In this document: positions 61,137 to 64,000 of the stretch, in pieces | How the letters are laid out: each line of letters starts with the position of its first letter | Numbering within the stretch: position 1 is the stretch's first letter | NCBI GenBank assembly: GCA_963753975.1 | Contig: CAVWEH010000002.1 | Span: 224,001 to 288,000, forward strand | Origin: an uncultured delta proteobacterium | GTDB lineage: Bacteria > Desulfobacterota > Syntrophia > Syntrophales > Smithellaceae | Direction of reading: 5' to 3' | Length of the DNA stretch: 64,000 bases | Position numbers and translations under genes: made by a program | The notes under the pieces: model-generated | Seen by the model: only the letters and a program-made list of their open reading frames with translations | What the model was told of the DNA's origin: nothing | Database searches by the model: none

Positions 61137-63062
61137 CTATTTAACAACTAAAATCTGCCCTGGAGTTATTGTTTCATTTCTAGCCAGATTATTTAATTCC
61201 ATCAGCTTGGTAACATTGATGTTGTTTTTTCTGGCAATACTGTAGAGATTATCTCCTCTAATTACTATGTATTTGTTCGTTCCTAATCTATCTACATCCT
61301 CCGCCGACAATATTTTATTTTTGATTTTTGATTTTTGCGTTGTCACTGCTATATTTTCGTTTTTATCGTTTTTTGCTGCTGAAGTTCTGGCTTTTTCATT
61401 CAGAGACACTTTTAGCACTTGACCTACACGTATTGTATCCGATTTCAGGTTGTTTAGTTCTTTAATTTGCGCCTCCGTCGTACCCGAACGCCGGGCAATC
61501 ATCTGCAGTGTGTCACCCCTTTTAACTTTGTATTGCCCTGAAGATATTTGTATTTTATAGTTTTTTTGTCTTGATTTACCTTTTGCGTAACGCTTTTCTT
61601 TAATTATAGGAATCGTCAAACGCTTTCCGACAACCAATGCTTTTTGAGAATTTAGTCTGTTATAAGATATTATTCTGGATACGGGAACGTCATATTTACT
61701 GGCAATAGAATTAAGCGATTCGCCACTTCTTACCCGGTGCCTGATAAAAAATGTTTTAGATAAAAGAAACTTCGGTTTTTCGCATTCGGGAATATCACCT
61801 ACCATTGCATTGAACTTGGCTAGAGATTCTTTGGGGATCTTTAAGTTATATTCTCTATCCGGTGTTATTTTATATCTCAAATCCGAATTAATTAAGTGCA
61901 ATTTTTCATCGGACATTTCGATCCTTGACGCAATATCCTCCAGCTTCATTATCTTATTGACTTTGACTGTTTCCACGGCGATCGGTTTTTCGGCATCACC
62001 TAAATCAAATCCATACTTCTGTGGATTTTTGATTATATATAACGTTGCTAAAAATCGCGGAACATAGCGAGCAGTTTCTCGCGGCAATAGATTGTATAAA
62101 TCCCAAAAACGATCAAAATAATTAATGTGTTGCAGCGATATGACTCTAAGCACTTTTCCCTCTCCGCAATTATATGCGGCCAACGCGGTAAGCCAATCCC
62201 CAAACATGTCGTGTAATTCTTTTAAATAAGCAATTGCCGCTTGAGTTGATTTTTCGACATCCATGCGCTCATCTATCCATTCGTCACGGCTCAATCCGTA
62301 CTTATAACCAGTTGATGGAATGAATTGCCACAAACCAAGTGCGCGGGCGCGGGATAAAGCTTTAATCTTGAAACCGCTTTCCACAAAGGGGAGCCAGGAA
62401 AGCTCTTCGGGAATCCTCGCCTTTTTTAATTCCGTAATTATCGCAGGACGGTACATCCCGGAGCGCTGATAGGCGGCAATAAAAAAATTGCGTTCCACAG
62501 TTTGAAAACAATGAATTTCTCTCTCTACTGCCTCATTCATTGTTAACGGTATTTCACTGGCTTTGCCGTGCGTAGCAGTTTGCTTGGAGGAGTATACAGA
62601 CAGCAGGCGCTTAGATATTAATAATCGCAAATCATCTTTTTGCCGCGCTATAGCGACATCTCCGTCAGCATCGAGAATTAATGCGTAAGCTTTATCCAAT
62701 GTATTTATTGTATTTTCTACATCGCCCTTTTCCCAATAATTATCGGCGACTTCCAGTAAATCCAGTGCTTTTTCCATACTATCTTGTTCATCTTCCGCAG
62801 TCGGCCTGTTTTTTCGCGTTTGCTCAGCATCAGAAGATATATTATATGATAATTTCGCATCCGGTTTTTCTTTTTGTTCCTGATCATGAGTGTCTATATT
62901 GGAGTGCTCACTTGATTCATTTGATGCTTGACTTAAATTTGGTGAAATTGTTTTCGAGGAGGTGTTTTTATCAACTGCAATTTGCGACATGCACGCAGAA
63001 AAGATTAAAATTAAGCAGCAGGAAAAAGCACTAACGACTAAACGGCTTATAATTTTTACCAT
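61137..63062 (-). CDS. mltD: MltD-like lytic transglycosylase lipoprotein with three LysM domains
   Basis: Lipobox FSAC; SLT motifs VESG, GLWQF, AAYNCG and ETARYV; 3 LysM repeats. Confidence 0.88.
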   Translation of the reverse strand: MVKIISRLVVSAFSCCLILIFSACMSQIAVDKNTSSKTISPNLSQASNESSEHSNIDTHDQEQKEKPDAKLSYNISSDAEQTRKNRPTAEDEQDSMEKALDLLEVADNYWEKGDVENTINTLDKAYALILDADGDVAIARQKDDLRLLISKRLLSVYSSKQTATHGKASEIPLTMNEAVEREIHCFQTVERNFFIAAYQRSGMYRPAIITELKKARIPEELSWLPFVESGFKIKALSRARALGLWQFIPSTGYKYGLSRDEWIDERMDVEKSTQAAIAYLKELHDMFGDWLTALAAYNCGEGKVLRVISLQHINYFDRFWDLYNLLPRETARYVPRFLATLYIIKNPQKYGFDLGDAEKPIAVETVKVNKIMKLEDIASRIEMSDEKLHLINSDLRYKITPDREYNLKIPKESLAKFNAMVGDIPECEKPKFLLSKTFFIRHRVRSGESLNSIASKYDVPVSRIISYNRLNSQKALVVGKRLTIPIIKEKRYAKGKSRQKNYKIQISSGQYKVKRGDTLQMIARRSGTTEAQIKELNNLKSDTIRVGQVLKVSLNEKARTSAAKNDKNENIAVTTQKSKIKNKILSAEDVDRLGTNKYIVIRGDNLYSIARKNNINVTKLMELNNLARNETITPGQILVVK

Positions 63063-63215
63063 GAACAAAAACTCCTTACTAGCTTTTCATAAATCTAGCG
63101 GAATACTTCGGCTCGCATACATACGACCACAGTTATTTTATTCTTTTTATAGCATATTTTTGCTTTTTTCCCTAAAACTAATTGTATTTTACACAAATTT
63201 TCTTATTTCGTCATT

Positions 63216-64000
63216 TTACGTTACGATACGATTTAATGGGTTCCCTGTCGTCGCCAGGAGATAAGATTTTATAAATTCATCTATATCTCCATCGAGAACC
63301 CTATGGGCATCGCCAATTTCTAAATTCGTCCGGTGATCTTTTACCATTTTATACGGATGCAGAATGTAAGACCGGATTTGGCTGCCCCAGGCAATATCCT
63401 TCTTCAATTTATTTTCCTCGTTGATTTTTTCATTTTTTAATTGCAGTTCTCTCTCATAGAGTCTTGATTTCAGATACTTCATGGCCATCGCTTTATTTTT
63501 GTGCTGAGATCGTTCATTCTGACATTGCACAACTATATTCGTCGGTAAATGGGTGATTCTTACGGCAGAATCCGTTTTATTCACGTGCTGGCCGCCTTTC
63601 CCCCCGGACCTAAAGGTGTCGATACGTAAATCATCTTCATCGATTTCAATCTTAATATCATCGTCAACTTCCGGATAAACAAAAACGGAAGCAAACGAAG
63701 TATGGCGCCGGGCGCCTGAGTCAAAAGGTGAAATTCTAACTAGGCGATGAATGCCGCTTTCCGCTTTCGCATAACCATAAGCGTACTTACCCTCCAACGT
63801 GAAAGACACGCTTTTAATACCGGCCTCGTCTCCAGGCTGGCTATCGATTATTTTGGTGGCGAATCCATTCTTTTCGGCCCAGCGCAAATACATACGCAAT
63901 AACATTTCCGTCCAATCCTGAGCTTCCGTTCCCCCCGCTCCGGCATGAATAGAGACAATTGCGTCCATAGGATCTTGTTCACCGGCCAACATCATTCTTA
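63216..64000 (-). CDS. prfB: Peptide chain release factor 2 (5' part outside the window)
   Basis: [13 protein letters not shown] tripeptide, GGQ and WGSQIRSY motifs; frame open to the window edge. Confidence 0.96.
   Translation of the reverse strand, partial: RMMLAGEQDPMDAIVSIHAGAGGTEAQDWTEMLLRMYLRWAEKNGFATKIIDSQPGDEAGIKSVSFTLEGKYAYGYAKAESGIHRLVRISPFDSGARRHTSFASVFVYPEVDDDIKIEIDEDDLRIDTFRSGGKGGQHVNKTDSAVRITHLPTNIVVQCQNERSQHKNKAMAMKYLKSRLYERELQLKNEKINEENKLKKDIAWGSQIRSYILHPYKMVKDHRTNLEIGDAHRVLDGDIDEFIKSYLLATTGNPLNRIVT

Noticed and set aside
63216..64000. prfB programmed +1 frameshift site (CTT TGA)
   Set aside because: It would lie near the 5' end of the gene, outside this window, so it cannot be assessed.

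Overview
Core-genome window (~40% GC by eye) of an anaerobic Gram-negative bacterium. Gene content suggests Desulfobacterota/Syntrophales, possibly Smithella- or Syntrophus-like (inference only). In order it holds: a Liv-type ABC importer with an embedded acyl-CoA ligase; a pilT-like gene, pilS/pilR and comEC; hisS-aspS-Re-citrate synthase-like gene; uvrD/adk; the rpsB-tsf-pyrH-frr-uppS-cdsA-dxr-rseP-tsaB cluster; argJ, secA and an M23 peptidase; a YkuD/VanX/symporter operon; a PfpI-PRTase-hydrolase module; an L-Ara4N (arn) LPS-modification cluster with lptFG; metK-ahcY; panCD; an mltD-like gene; and a partial prfB. The most notable unannotated signal is an apparent ribosome-mediated transcription attenuator upstream of the ABC/acyl-CoA-ligase operon. 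It has a 30-codon Phe/Tyr-rich leader peptide (7367-7275, minus strand), an antiterminator and a U9 terminator, which suggests Phe-controlled uptake and activation of an aromatic compound. Other RNA and repeat features are a pan-motif leader, an rpsB (t44) leader, a MITE-like element and several hairpin clusters. About 13 single-base frameshifts, some in essential genes, look like long-read indel errors. I saw no rRNA, tRNA, CRISPR array, prophage or intact transposase.
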